From Strigamia acuminata (Eukaryota), in assembly GCA_949358305.1 (NCBI GenBank), contig OX442314.1, forward strand, positions 9,114,001 to 9,178,000: DNA of 64,000 nt, read 5' to 3'. The notes beneath the pieces are model-generated. The model was not told the origin of the DNA and did not search any database. It saw nothing but the letters and a program-made list of their open reading frames with translations. Each line of letters opens with the position of its first letter. The stretch's first letter is position 1. A program made the position numbers and the translations under genes. Shown piece after piece: positions 32,049 through 46,073 of this stretch.

Positions 32049-35000
32049 TTAAAGATATTTAAGATATTTCTTTATGAAGATAAAATCATAAACATTCTTT
32101 TCCAACGTGATGTAGCCCATTGTTTTCATGAAAGCTTCTAGTTCCTCGGGTTTTTTGTTGTTGTAATGTTCTACTGCAAAAACATTGATGTTGACCTTTT
32201 GAAAGGGAATGGTCTTCAACACTGGCAACTCAAATCCTTCAACGTCCAGCACGAAGTAATCGATGTTCGTGAGATTTGCAGCATTCAACAAGGAATACAC
32301 TGGGAAACAGTCAACCAGATACGAACCTGAATATGTAACGTTATTTTCTCCCAATTTACTCTGCATCCCGTTTGATGTCAAAATCATCTGTAAAACACAA
32401 ATCATCGTTATGCGCATTCAAATTTCAGTTTTTTCTGTTTTTAGTGTTTCGGGAAACAGAATGGAGACCGAAAACAGCCATAAACCATCCTCAAAAAATG
32501 CATAAATATACTCCAAACCCATACAACGTGGTCCTAACTCCTATTGGTTGAGCCGGATTACGCCTAACTGTGGACTATGCTCTACTACGCGTGAAAAGTA
32601 GTTCTGTTTATTTTCAATGAATTTCAGTGTAAAAAGTGACTAGAATTGTTTCTACTGTTTACAGAAACACAACAAATTATTTAAAAAGAAACTTTATGTG
32701 GTCCCGATTGCATATTAACAAACTACAGGAGTGACTAATACATCTACCGGAATGATTAACGTAGGAAGGGCAAGTTCTGCTCAAATTGCGCTCACCTCGC
32801 TTTAACTGGGTCAAACAAAGCAAAACAAGCGAAACAAATCAAACTAACACCCAGCACACAGACGATAAATTCAAATTTTCATGGCCGTTCAAACTATTGA
32901 TGCGTTAGTCATTCCTGGCCAGGAAATCAGCACAGGGATTCCTGAAGCGCCTGCTGAAATTTGGCTGGACAATTGGCGATAAGTTTTGTAAGTCCAAGTA
33001 GAGTGCAATTGCATATAAACTATACAGTATGATGTTTGTTATTACTTTTTCTGTTTTATTGTGAGGGCTAAGACAAGCCTGCATCATGTAGGATTTACGA
33101 TTCGAAAGCACCAACGAATAGAATTGAACAGGATGCGGTTCCACGAGAAGTCCTGTCCAGCCTAGATATCGTTCGAGGTAGATGGTCATTGAATGAGACT
33201 CCGGGTGGTATGCACCAGCTTCAAAAAAAATCCCATTTTTTTTCTAATTTGATAAAACAATTTATATAAATTGCAAGAAAAGCTGATAAATCTTTGTTAA
33301 ATTTCAATAAAATCTGAGAAATTATTGATAAATTTAAAATTTTATGAAATTTTAAGAAATATCAAGAAATATCAAGAAACATCAAGAAATTTCAATAAAT
33401 ATCAAGAAATTTCAATAAATATCAAGAAATTTCAATAAATATCAAGAAATTTCATTAAATATCAAGAAATTTCAATAAATATCAAGAAATTTCAATAAAT
33501 ATCAAGAAATTTCAATAAATATCAAGAAATTTCAATAAATATCAAGAAATTTCAATAAATATCAAGAAATTTCAATAAATATCAAGAAATTTCAATAAAT
33601 ATCAAGAAATTTCAATAAATATCAAGAAATTTCAATAAATATCAAGAAATTTCAATAAATATCAAGAAATTTCAATAAATATCAAGAAATTTCAATAAAT
33701 ATCAAGAAATTTCAATAAATATCAAGAAATTTCAATAAATATCAAGAAATTTCAATAAATATCAAGAAATTTCAATAAATATCAAGAAATTTCAATAAAT
33801 ATCAAGAAATTTCAATAAATATCAAGAAATTTCAATAAATATCAAGAAATTTCAATAAATATCAAGAAATTTCAATAAATATCAAGAAATTTCAATAAAT
33901 ATCAAGAAATTTTAATAAATATCAAGAAATTTCAATAAATATCAAGAAATTTCAATAAATATCAAGAAATTTCAATAAATATCAAGAAATTTCAATAAAT
34001 ATCAAGAAATTTCAATAAATATCAAGAAATTTCAATAAATATCAAGAAATTTCAATAAATATCAAGAAATTTCAATAAATATCAAGAAATTTCAATAAAT
34101 ATCAAGAAATTTCAATAAATATCAAGAAATTTCAATAAATATCAAGAAATTTCAATAAATATCAAGAAATTTCAATAAATATCAAGAAATTTCAATAAAT
34201 ATCAAGAAATTTCAATAAATATCAAGAAATTTCAATAAATATCAAGAAATTTCAATAAATATCAAGAAATTTCAATAAATATCAAGAAATTTCAATAAAT
34301 ATCAAGAAATTTCAATAAATATCAAAAAATTTCAATAAATATCAAGAAATTTCAATAAATATCAAGAAATTTCAATAAATATCAAGAAATTTCAATAAAT
34401 ATCAAGAAATTTCAATAAATATCAAGAAATTTCAATAAATATCAAGAAATTTCAATAAATATCAAGAAATTTCAATAAATATCAAGAAATTTCAATAAAT
34501 ATCAAGAAATTTCAATAAATGTTCAGTAATCTAAAGAAATAACAAATATATGAGAAGAAATACTAGTATTACTAAATATTGAGAAATATTGAGAAATATC
34601 AAGATATATTGAGAAATATCAAGAAATATTGAGAAATATTGAGAAATATCAACAAATATTTAGAAATATTGAGAAATATTGAGAAATATCAACAAATATT
34701 TAGAAATATCAAGAAATATTAATAAATATTGAGAAGTAAGAAATATTAATAAATATTGAAAAATTTCAATAAAAATAGACATTTTTGATAGATGTCAACA
34801 AGAATTGGCAAATTCCAAATAATGACTTACAGTTTTGAAAATTCTTGAACTCAAATTGGCTAACGCAACCGATCCTGGATCCGAAACAAATGGATCCTCT
34901 AATTTATATGGATAGGAATTAGGTTTAATCAAAACCTCACTTCTAATGTATTCAATCAGCAATGGGTCTAGCTGCTCTCTTCCAGCCATATCAAAATCAT

Positions 35001-35194
35001 TCCACTTTCTTTTCAATTCTCTTGAAACACAACCTGAAAACAATCCATAACAAATCATCAAAAAAAAAGAATACACATAAATATGCATTTTCCATACTAA
35101 TATTTTGACTGACAATCCAAGAATACATCAAAATGGTAACAACAAGAAGAGGTATAAATGATACCAGTATTTTCTTCTTCATTAATTTGTGCAT
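32049..35194 (-). CDS. Star-like/FkbM methyltransferase-domain gene B (exons 35194-35098, 35033-34831, 33243-33046, 32387-32049; 278 aa)
   Basis: In-phase GT/AG exons, TM helix and FkbM-family motifs. Confidence 0.88.
33355..34765. repeat. Uninterrupted paralogue of the 20-bp satellite (~57 units) plus 10-bp repeat tail, in intron 2 of gene B
   Basis: Read directly. Confidence 0.98.
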
Positions 35195-35830
35195 GATTGA
35201 TTATGTTTTTCCAGGAAAGATTCAGAGTTCTAGTATTCCTGTTTGTGTGCACATCCTGCTGTGTTTGGTTTGTCTGTTAGGTGTGGATAGTATTTTATCT
35301 ACATTTTATAGTCATTTTATTATGAAAATCTTTTAATATCCCACCATAAAATGCAGACTAGGATTGATGTTGATGAACTTGGATTTGCCTTTATTTGACT
35401 TTCCCAGATATCAAGTGTCGACGGAGTGTACCGTTGACTAAAACCTAAAACCATTACTATACAAAATAAAATCACAACTAAATCTGTAAAATGTTGTCAA
35501 GGATTCAGGATAGAAGAAATGGCAACAGCGTATGGTGATGTTGGGAGCCTAAAATGAATTTTTTATTGCCTAAAATGACTTTGACACGCTAGGTGCGATG
35601 CGATTCGCGCCGCCTCGCAAAGCGATTTTGACGTCATCAAAAATGACGTTAGGTCACACCTGATTGGCTGCAATCAAAATCGCAGACCAAAAAGTACGCG
35701 CCGCCATCGCTCCTAGTGTGTCTCTAGCATAATAGTGAATCTTTTATTGTCAAATGTGAATTTTTTTGGACTAAAAAGGAAATTTTAAATACCGGTATGG
35801 TTTTTTTTTGTGCAAAAATGAAAGAAAAAA

Positions 35831-37461
35831 TTAATATTTAACATTTTTCTTTTTGAAAATGAAATCGTATGTATTTTTTTCCATCGTGATGTAACCCCTT
35901 TGTTTCATGAAATCTTCTATTTCCTTTGGTTCGTTGCTGCTGTAATGTTCAACTGCTAAAACATTGATGTTCACCTTGTGAAAGGGAATTGTCTTCAACA
36001 CTGGCAACTCAATGCCTTCCACGTCCAGCACGAAGTAATCGATAGTCGTTAAATTGGCGGCGACCAACAAGGAATAAACGGGAAAACACTCAACCCGAAA
36101 CGAAGAGGAAGTTGTTTCGTTTATCAATTTACTATTCATTCCGTTTGAACTCAAATTCATCTGTAAAACGCAACAATTTTCAATACCAACACAAATATAT
36201 TTCATCATGCATTCAAAGTTTCAGTTTTTGCTATTTTTAGTGTTTCTATAAAACCATCAACAAAAGCTGTAGACTGGTTTTCCAAGTGATTTATGCAACC
36301 TGGTGTTGATTTTTAGAACCAAATTCAAAATGGCTCTCACAGAAGTAGGATCGGGTCAAACAGCCAAATAGTTCGCCAGGTTTTCGTCTTTGCTTTTGAT
36401 GTTTATGGAAACACCAAAAAAACCATAGAAACAGAAACTTTGGATGCGCCTAAAATTTGATTATAGATGGCGTCGTCATTACTTCTTCTGACCGATTGTG
36501 AGGACTTAAGCAAGCCTCCATCAAATAGGATTTACGATTTGAAAGCAACAACTTGGAAAAGTGAATAGGATTCGGTTCCACGAGAAGTCCTGTCCAGCCT
36601 AGGAATCGTTCCAGATAAATAGTCATTGAAAGTGACTCCGGGTTAAATGCACCGGCTTCAAAAAATGTCCCATTGCGTTTCTGTTTGATAAAAATAATTA
36701 AAATTAAAATTGCCAAATTTGAAAAAAAATTACCAAATTCTAGCAAAAATTAACATTTCCCAACAAAAATTGCCAAATTGTTGATAAATTTCAACAAAAA
36801 TTGACAAATTCTTGATTAATTTAAACAAAAATTGTCAAATTCTTGATTAATTTCAACAAAAATTGCCAAATTCTTGATAAATTTCAATAAAAATTGCCAA
36901 ATTTTTGATAAAAATAAACAAAAACTGCCAAATTAATGATAAATTTCAACAAAAAGTGCCTAATTTTTTTATAAATTTCAACAAAAATTGCCAAATTCTT
37001 GATAAATTTTAATAAAAATTGCCAATTTCCAAAGAATGACTTACCATTTTGAATATATTCTGACATTGCTTGGCCAACTCAAGCGATCTTCCATTCAACA
37101 CAAATGGATCCATTAAATTATATGGAGAGGTATTAGGTTTAATCAAAACCTCACTTCTAATATACTGAATTAGCAGTGGGTCCAACTGCTTTCTTCCTGA
37201 TATATTAAAAAAATCCCATTGTATCTCCCAAACCTTTGAAACCTTTGAAACAGGAGCTGAAAACAACCCAAAAAAATTCCAGCAAACAACAACACAAATT
37301 TCTCTTTCCATACTTAGATTTTCGTCGACAATCCAAGAATATAACGCAATGGCAACAAGAATAAGAGGTGATGATACTAGCACTATTGTTTTGATTGTTT
37401 TGCACACACCTTTTCGCTTTACCTGAGCCAACAGGTAAGATTGATTATTGTGTTTTTCCAT
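35831..37461 (-). CDS. Star-like/FkbM methyltransferase-domain gene C (exons 37461-37314, 37256-37045, 36680-36483, 36160-35831)
   Basis: In-phase GT/AG exons, TM helix and FkbM-family motifs. Confidence 0.9.
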
Positions 37462-37815
37462 GTTTTCACACTATCCGTATTCCTGTCTGTGTGCACATCC
37501 TGATATAGTTGGTTTGGATAATATTTCATCTACATTTTATAGTCATTTTATTATGAAAGTCTTTCCATGCTTACTTTTAATATCCCTGTGTAAAATGCAG
37601 AGTCGATGTTAACACAGAATAAAACATAATGGTCGTGGGACAAGGCCCACTTATCTTGCCACTGATCGTTAATAAATCCGAATAAGGGTCAGCTGACTCT
37701 AATCATAAGTTTTATTGGCTTTGGATGTTTATTAATTAATAAACCTTTATCCAGAAAAGGCAAAGTCTTACGAAAGTCGTTCTCGTCACATTCTTAGCTT
37801 ATCTCGCGTAGGTTA

Positions 37816-38715
37816 TACCCTGTTCGCACTACATAGTCTAGATAAAACTTGAGCTAGCTTAGCTCAATCTAGATTGAGTTTAGCCTAGTTGTTGAGCCAA
37901 ACTGTTCACACTAGCACTGTTTTTGAGGCTATTCCAGACATTACTTAGCAATAAATCCAGGAATAATTAATGCAAAAAAAATGGCCGGTAAACAAGTCAC
38001 GATGTTTTTGTCCACACATTTTCAAAAGCAGTGCATTGTTTTGACGAGATTAATATCAAATGAGACTCGACTGTTGCAATTACTACAATCAAGAAGACGA
38101 AAACAACGGTATTTTCTATTTGGTTGACCACTGGTATGGAAGCCATGTTTGTTTGACCAATAATGGCGATGCATTATGGGTACCACGACATCACAAGCTA
38201 GCTTAGAACTAGCTAATCCAGTTCCCTGAACTAGATTATTTTATCTAGTTTCAAAACTGATATACTAGCTTAGGATAAGCTAGTTGTGTTCGCACTACAT
38301 TTATACAACTAGTTATAAAGAGTTAAGCTAGCTTAATACCATGTTCGCACCAGAAAGTTTGGGCTAGCCCAAAGTTTAAATCTAGTTCTGGCCTGATGTT
38401 GGCTTAAAAAGTTCAGGCTAGAGCGTTCGCACCAAAAAGCAAAAAGCCACATATCTAGGCTAGCATGCAGCCAATAGACAATCAACTGACCAGGTTACGC
38501 ATGGAATTGTGGGAAGTGACCTTGACAGTTATCTAGTTCTTTGACAATTATCTAGTTCACACAACTGGATTAGAATTATCTAGTTTAAACATTTTTAAAC
38601 TAGATAATTTTGGGCCAGATGCGTTCGCACCAAGAAAAAGAACTAGATTTAAACTTTGGGCTAGCCCAAACATTCTGGTGCGAACAAGGTATAACTCTGT
38701 AGTGCAAACGGGGTA
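37816..38715. mobile_element. 900-bp PIF/Harbinger-like non-autonomous element with TSD TTA and a nested related IR unit (~38337-38691)
   Basis: TIR TACCCTGTTCGCACTACA / TGTAGTGCAAACGGGGTA; absent at the paralogous site ~23985-23995. Confidence 0.85.
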
Positions 38716-38993
38716 TTAGGTTTATCTTAGTTAACGGCGAGTAATATGGTAATATTATCTGCCAAAGGAAGAATCACACATCATAAATAAGTCATGTTTT
38801 AATATTGTCTTTATTGAGATTATTCTAAAGTTAAAGAATAAATAATTCGTGTGTTTTGAGAATTTCAAGTGTTATTGTTGAACATTCTCACATTGTAATA
38901 GTTTTAATAATTAGTAAGTTAGTTTAGTACTTTGGTATTGAAAAGTCCCTTCATGGCAACCGTCTGTAACCTTAGTTTTAGTTTAAGATTAAT

Positions 38994-41900
38994 TTAACGA
39001 AGATTCAGGTTTACAACTGTCTTTATGAAAAGGAAATCATGTTTATTTTTTTCCACTGTGATGTAATCATTTTTATGCATGAAATCTTCTATTTCTTTGG
39101 GTTTTTTGTTGTTGTAATGATCAACTAGAAAAACATTGATGTTGATTTTATGAAAGGGAATTGTCTTCAGCACCTGCAACTCATATCCTTCCACGTCCAG
39201 CACGAAGTAGTCGATATTCGATAAATTAGCGGCGAACAACAAGGAATAAACGGGAAAACAGTCAGCCAGAAACGTATTAAAAGATTTCTTTTTTACCAAT
39301 TTACTGTGCAATCCGTCTGAACTCAAAGGCATCTGTAAAACCCAACGATTTTCAACACCAACACAAAATATTTCATCATGCATTCAAAGTTTCAGTTTCT
39401 GCTATTTTCAGTAGCTGCATTCAAAAATTAAAATATTTTGTTTTACTTCAATTTTAAAACAAAAATGACATCGTTTCATGTCCTATTTATTAAATTAAAC
39501 TATATTAATTATTTATTTCTAATTCTAATTATATATGTATAATAAATTTATATATTTTTGAATGCAGCTAGTGTTTCTGTAAACAGAATGAACGCTAATA
39601 ACAGCCAACAAAAGGTGCAAAAACAGAAAGCAGAACTAGAGTGATTTTCCAAGTGATTTCTCCAACCTGGCAGTGCTGGACTGGCTCGGCGGGTTACCGG
39701 GAGTTTCCCGGTGGCCCATGGCTGCTGTGGCCTGTCCCGACTTCATTAATTGTGGCCCAGACACCTAGATTTCCCGGCAATAAATTTGTTCCCAGTCCAG
39801 CCCTGCAACCTGGTGTTGAGTTTCACAACCAAATACAAAATGGCTCCCACAGAAAATGGATGCCGGTGGCATATATTTTTTTCTACAACGACACTACTGA
39901 TCATCCGCCCATTACTGATCGCCACCGCTGCACCAGACATTGTAAGCGATCAATGCCTTTTCCCACTCATACCTGTGTCTTGTACGCAAGGAGGTTTGTG
40001 ATTTAGAATTTTAATATTAATCCCCTCCCACAAATAACCGAACCTAACCTAACCTAACACTCATGGTCTTCGCCAAGGTAACCCGGAGACTGGTTATCCT
40101 GGTGTGGGACACATACTCACGTATAATGACAAGAGACTCCATATTGCTGGTTGTTGGCCTTTAATATCGTTGTCTAGGGGTTGGAGAAACCCGTCACCTG
40201 TTGCAGGGGTGCCAGTTAGGCACGCCGCACCGGCAACCGACCTGTCACACACAGGGCATGAGCCCCATGGGTGACGTGGTCGGTTCAACATAACATTCAT
40301 GTCGTACTTACCTACGATCCACGCAGCCACTCATGGAGGCTGCATTATGGAGAACGTCATACTACTGAGCTTCGCCGTGGTGAATGGTGAGGAGAGCAGA
40401 GTCAGCACAAAGCAGGGTTGCCCTTGCTCACGTCAGGCTTGGTCGGTGGTCGCTGCTCCTCTCTGCCACCTCTCTCACATCTCTTCCTCATCACACCACT
40501 CAGCTCCCTCCTCCCCCCCCATACTGGGTCAGTCCACCCGCAAGGGAGGACGACCTTGGAGTCGTAGGGCGGTGTGTGACAGTGAAGCAGGTCACCGTGG
40601 GTGGCCAAGCGGTCACAACCTAACCTAACCTAACCTGTCCTAACCTAACCTAACCTAGCCTAACCTGATGATCATGCATACAACGTCTGGAGAAAATTGT
40701 GATGATCTCAAGCAATGTCTGGTGCAGCGATGGCGATCAGTAATGGGCGGATGATCGGTAGTGTCACTGTAGAAAAAAATATAAGCATGCTGGTGAAGTA
40801 TAGACTACCAAAAAGTGAGTAAAAGCAAAATTTTGTTGAACGAAATCGGCCATAATTCGATAATTGGGTCAAAATGGTGGAATTTTAATCGTAAAATTAA
40901 AAAATTAAACTGTAAGCAGAAAGAAAAGCGAAATAATCTTGCACACATTCGTAGTTCGCCATGATTTCGTCTTCTGCTTTTGCAGTTTGTAGAAACACCA
41001 AATACCATACAAACGGAAACTTTGTGTGCACCTAAAAGTGATTATAGATGGCGTTGTCATTACTTTTGCTGATTGATTGTTAGGACTAAGACAAGCTTTC
41101 ATCATGTAGGATTTACGATTCGAACGCAATAACTTGGTGAATTGAATAGGATTTGGTTCCACAAGAAGCCCCGTCCAGCCTAGGAATCGTTCAAGAAAAA
41201 CGGTCGTTGAATGAGACTCCGGGTCGTATGCACCCGCTTCAAAAAAAATCCCATTGCGTTTCTATTTGATAAAAACAATTTGAATTAAGTATCAATTCAC
41301 ATTGCAGTTGCAATGGATCTAAGGGGAGGGCCATGGGACCATGGCTGACTCCTTTGATTTATGAGAATTGCGCCGTTAGTACCTAATCTGCCACCAGAGC
41401 GTGTCGCAAGCACATCTGGCTCTAACCAGAGGGTCTCATTGGCCAGTGTGAATGGCTCACAATTGTGATTTTGCATTAATTTTTTTTTTAGTTTTAGTTT
41501 TTATTACATGTTAATTTTATTTTTCTAAAAAAAGAAGAAATGAAATTTCGGATCTTTATTTATTTTTATTTTGGGTTGTAACGCGGTAAAATAGAGCGTG
41601 TGATGCGATTCCAACGCCATGTAGTGGTCAAATGTGAGTCAGCCTACCATTCTTTCTATGGACTGTGGCCATGGCCACCTCCTTGAATAACAAAATTGTC
41701 ATTTTTGAACAGAAATTTCATTTTTTAGATGAAAAATTCATTCTTAGGAGGAAAAATTCATTTTTCGGGTGACAAATTCATTTTTCGGGTGAAAAATTCA
41801 TTTTTCGAGTGAAAAATTCATTTTTCGAGTGAAAAATTCATTTTTCGAGTGAAAAATTCATTTTTCGGGTGAAAAATTCATTTTTCGAGTGAAAAATTCA

Positions 41901-42577
41901 TTTTTCGAGTGAAAAATTCATTTTTCGAGTGAAAAATTCATTTTTCGAGTGAAAAATTCATTTTTCGGGTAAAAAATTCATTTTTCGGGTGAAAATTCAT
42001 TTTTGGTATTTTCCAACCAAAATATCAAATTCTTGTTAAATTTCAATTAAAACTTCTAAATTCCTTTTAAATTTCAAATTCAAATTTCAAAGCTTGAAAA
42101 AATTCCAAAGATTTACAAAGATACTTACTGTTTTGAACATTTTCTTACTAAAATTGGCCAATTTAACTGATTCTCTATCCAACACAAATGGATCCTCCAA
42201 ATAATAGGGTAATGAATTAGGTTTAATCAAAACCTCACTCCTAATATACTGAATTAGGAGTGGGTCAAACTGCCCTCTTCCTGACATATTAAAACCATTA
42301 AATTTCATTCCCCAATCTGTTGGAGAACTACCTGAAAACAGTCCAAACCATTGCAGCTAAAAACACCACAGCCACAACTTAAACAATTTTTGTTTCCATA
42401 CTTACTTGTTTGATTTTGATTAAAAATCCAACTTAGATTTTGGTCTACAATCCAAGAATATACCACAATGGCAACAAGAATAAATGGTGATGTTAATAGC
42501 ACTATTTTTTTCATTGTTTTGCGTACACCTTTCCTCTTCACCTGAGCTAAAAGGTAAGATTGATTGGGTTTTTCCAT
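38994..42577 (-). CDS. Star-like/FkbM methyltransferase-domain gene D (exons 42577-42406, 42331-42129, 41261-41064, 39332-38994)
   Basis: In-phase GT/AG exons, TM helix and FkbM-family motifs. Confidence 0.88.
41725..42005. repeat. Intronic 20-bp tandem repeat (GAAAAATTCATTTTTCGAGT); shorter version at ~28290-28410
   Basis: Read directly. Confidence 0.93.
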
Positions 42578-43897
42578 CACAGATTCAAACTATTAGTATT
42601 CCTGTGTGTGTGCACATCCTGAAATATTTGTAATGTTCTGTTAGTTGTAGATAGTATTTCATCTATATTTTATAGTCATTTTATGAGGAAAAATTGTTTC
42701 ATGTTAACTTTTAATATCTCTGTATTAGAGTCGACTCAAAGTACGATCAAGCGGTGTAACCACGCAAGGCGCCAAGACTTCTAGGGCAAATTCAAAATGA
42801 TGAGCAAAGGGGTGTGCATTCAAAGTTTCTGTTTGTATCAAGACAGACTCTCGTAGGACTTTGTAAATGTGAATATTGATTGATTAATGAGTTTGTGTGT
42901 ACTTATACTTAGGTTTAACCCTAAGATGGACAATCTCCAAAGACGACGCTTTGGTGCCCACAATGTACCTATTTGGGTGCAAAATAATTAAATAAAAAAG
43001 GCCCGTAACTGAAGCGCTTTAGGGTAGTGCAAAAAATTGTCGCACTTGGCGCTACTGTTTTTGGCCACCCCATGCTTCGGTTTGGTTAAAAATATCAATT
43101 GTTTTGTTAAGTTTATAGACATAGTAGTGAGAACGAATTTGGAATGGAATTGAAACAGAATTGGAACGAAATTGGAACGAAATGGAAACGTAATCGAAAC
43201 GCGTAATCACTTGTGTTGGACTACTAGCGCCATACGGTGTCTGCTGGTAAAAATGGGAAGCACTAAAGTAGAAGCGCTTTTATATGGTTGGGAGAAGCCA
43301 ACTTAAATTTAAGCTGGGATTTCTAAGGAGCAGAATTTTTAAAGGTGAATAAATAAATAAATAACGTACAGATCAATCCAAAATTTTTTTTAGACAAACC
43401 TTATTGCTGTGTGAACAAAGTCAGAAATTTTCAGAAAATTATATTAAACCAAAAAAAAAGTTTTCCTATTCAAGAAGAGTGTTGCACCCAAATAGGTATA
43501 GGGTTGCCAATCTGAGGGTTAAGCACAATGCGGTACGTATAACGTGGCATATAAATAGGACTCGTCCTATGGCCATGGCTACCCACAGCTATTGATGATA
43601 AAGACGTTAAACTTCATCATTTTAAAGACAATTAAAATTTTTAAAGATTGAATTATCATTTTTAAAAACAATTTTTCTACAGAGTCATCGCTGAATTTTG
43701 TCAAATTGTTTCCGGAATATCTATCAGTGCACATTAAATTGTGTATTTTACTCTCCAAACTACATTAACGCGAGATGAAGTTAGAGAACTTTTAAGACCA
43801 AACTCACAATGCAGCGAAGCTTCGCCAACATGAATTAAAATACGAAATGCTAATTGGCAAATATCATTTTATTATGCCAAACTCAAACACAGAAAAA

Positions 43898-44541
43898 TCA
43901 ACGATGTTTCAAAATTCCTTTCTTCGCCAAAAGATCCGCAGCCTCGTTGCCCGGATTTCCGGAATGCGCCGCCACGTATTCCTAAAAAAACAAATTCAAT
44001 TTTAAAAAAAAAAAACTTAAAAATCAAATCGATTTACCCAATTTACGCGTATTCCCTTGGACGCCTCAATCAACTCCTCAAAATCCGTGCGATTTTCAAC
44101 CGGCTCGCCATTAATCGTTCTCCAGCCATATTTACGCCAGCCGTCCACCCACTGAGTCATGCCTAAAAAGTCAAAACAAAAATTAAAAAATAATTGAAAA
44201 AAAATCATATTAAGTCGCCTACTTTTTATGAGAAATTCGCTGTCGCAAATTATCGTCATTTCAGGCAAATCTTGTTCCCCGCCTTGAACAATGGCGCGCA
44301 CCGCCGCTTGAATCTCGGCCCTGTTGTTCGTTTGGCGTCCTTTCAGCGCCTCACTCACATTTCTTCAATTAAAAAATACAGTTTACTACATTAAATTGAT
44401 TAATTAACCATTTTTCACTTACCGATAATCATTCGGACCCCAATAGACTCCGATACCAGCCTTCGCGTTGTATTGACCGTTATTTTCGCAAGCGCCGTCG
44501 GTATAAACCTCGGGACCACCACTGCTTTGCCTCCTGCTCAT
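43898..44541 (-). CDS. RNase H1-like protein, catalytic domain only (exons 44541-44423, 44362-44223, 44162-44038, 43981-43898; 155 aa)
   Basis: VYTDGAC, AGIGVYWG, QTNNRAEI, CDSEFLI, W..GW, AHSGNPGNEAADLLAK; all four catalytic acidic residues present; in-phase GT/AG junctions. Confidence 0.93.
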
Positions 44542-45422
44542 TATTGCTTACCCGCGCGATACGCTCGAAATTGTAGGATGTTATGATGCAATTTTGCAAG
44601 TTTACGCAACGTTATACACCTTATTGCGACTGTGATTGGCTGTTGACCTGTCAGCAGTCATTACGTAATGGTTACAAATGCACAATTGGAAAGTAGTTCG
44701 AAAAATACAGGTTGGGTCACTTTAAATGCATTTAGCATTAATTTCATTCGGTATTTTATGTTTATTTCATATTTGGAAGTTGTTAATAATTTATTTTGAG
44801 AGTATTTTAATGGGTTTTCAACATTCATTTTAGAATTGAGCTCTTTCTCATTGGCGAGGTCGGTTATTTGTATCTTTGAGCTTGGATGCGTCACACAATA
44901 AGTGTGGTAAATTTTAAAAATTAAACAGTTGATGATTTGTTCTTGAATAAATAAATCTGATAAAAGAAATATATCTAAAAATCTTTTACACAATTTTCAT
45001 GATTAAATATCCGATAAGGTGGGACCAAATGGACACATTTCAAATGAGCACATAATTAAAAGTAGTTTCAAGTAGGCACAGACCTAAATGCGCGCACATT
45101 AAAATTAAAATTAAAATTAATCTTAAACAATTAATTAAAACAGAAGCGCACATTATTTGGATGCGTACTCTTGTATGCGCGCAAAGTATTCAAATGTGAA
45201 ATAAACATAAAATACACAATTAAATTAATGCTAAATGCATTTAAAGTGACCCGAGCTGTATTTTTCGAACTACTTTCCAATTGTGCATTTGTAACCATTA
45301 CGTAATGGCTGCTGACAGGTCAACAGCCAATCACAGTCGCAATAAGGTGTATAACTGCGTAAACTTGCAAAATTGCATCATAACATCCTACAATTTCGAG
45401 CGTATCGCGCGAGTAAGCAATA

Positions 45423-46073
45423 ATGAGCAGGAGGCAAAGCAGTGGTGGTCCCGAGGTTTATACCGACGGCGCTTGCGAAAATAACGGTCAATACAACGCG
45501 AAGGCTGGTATCGGAGTCTATTGGGGTCCGAATGATTATCGGTAAGTGAAAAATGGTTAATTAATCAATTTGATGTAGTAAACTGTATTTTTTAATTGAA
45601 GAAATGTGAGTGAGGCTCTGAAAGAACGCCAAACGAACAACAGGGCCGAGATTCAAGCGGCGGTGCGCGCCATTGTTCAAGGCGGGGAACAAGATTTGCC
45701 TGAAATGACGATAATTTGCGACAGCGAATTTCTCATAAAAAGTAGGCGACTTAATATGATTTTTTTTTTCAATTATGTATTGATTTATTTTTTTTTAACG
45801 GTATAAGCATGACTCAGTGGGTGGACGGCTGGCGTAAATATGGCTGGAGAACGATTAATGGCGAGCCGATTGAAAATCGCGTGGATTTTGAGGAGTTGAT
45901 TGAGGCGTCCAAGGGAATACGCGTAAATTGGGTAAATTGATTTGATTTTTAAGTTTTTGTTTTTTTTTAAATTGAATTTGTTTTTTTAGGAATACGTGGC
46001 GGCGCATTCCGGAAATCCGGGCAACGAGGCTGCGGATCTTTTGGCGAAGAAAGGAATTTTGAAACATCGTTGA
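45423..46073 (+). pseudogene. Second RNase H1-like copy (exons 45423-45541, 45602-45741, 45807-45931, 45990-46073) with a broken exon-3 acceptor
   Basis: Exon frames are open, but AA replaces AG at 45805-45806. The AG one base downstream would give ACA TGA (stop). Confidence 0.7.

Noticed and set aside
43898..44541. Retroelement-derived RNase H fragment
   Set aside because: Three in-phase introns, cellular RNase H1 motifs, and no adjacent RT or LTR.
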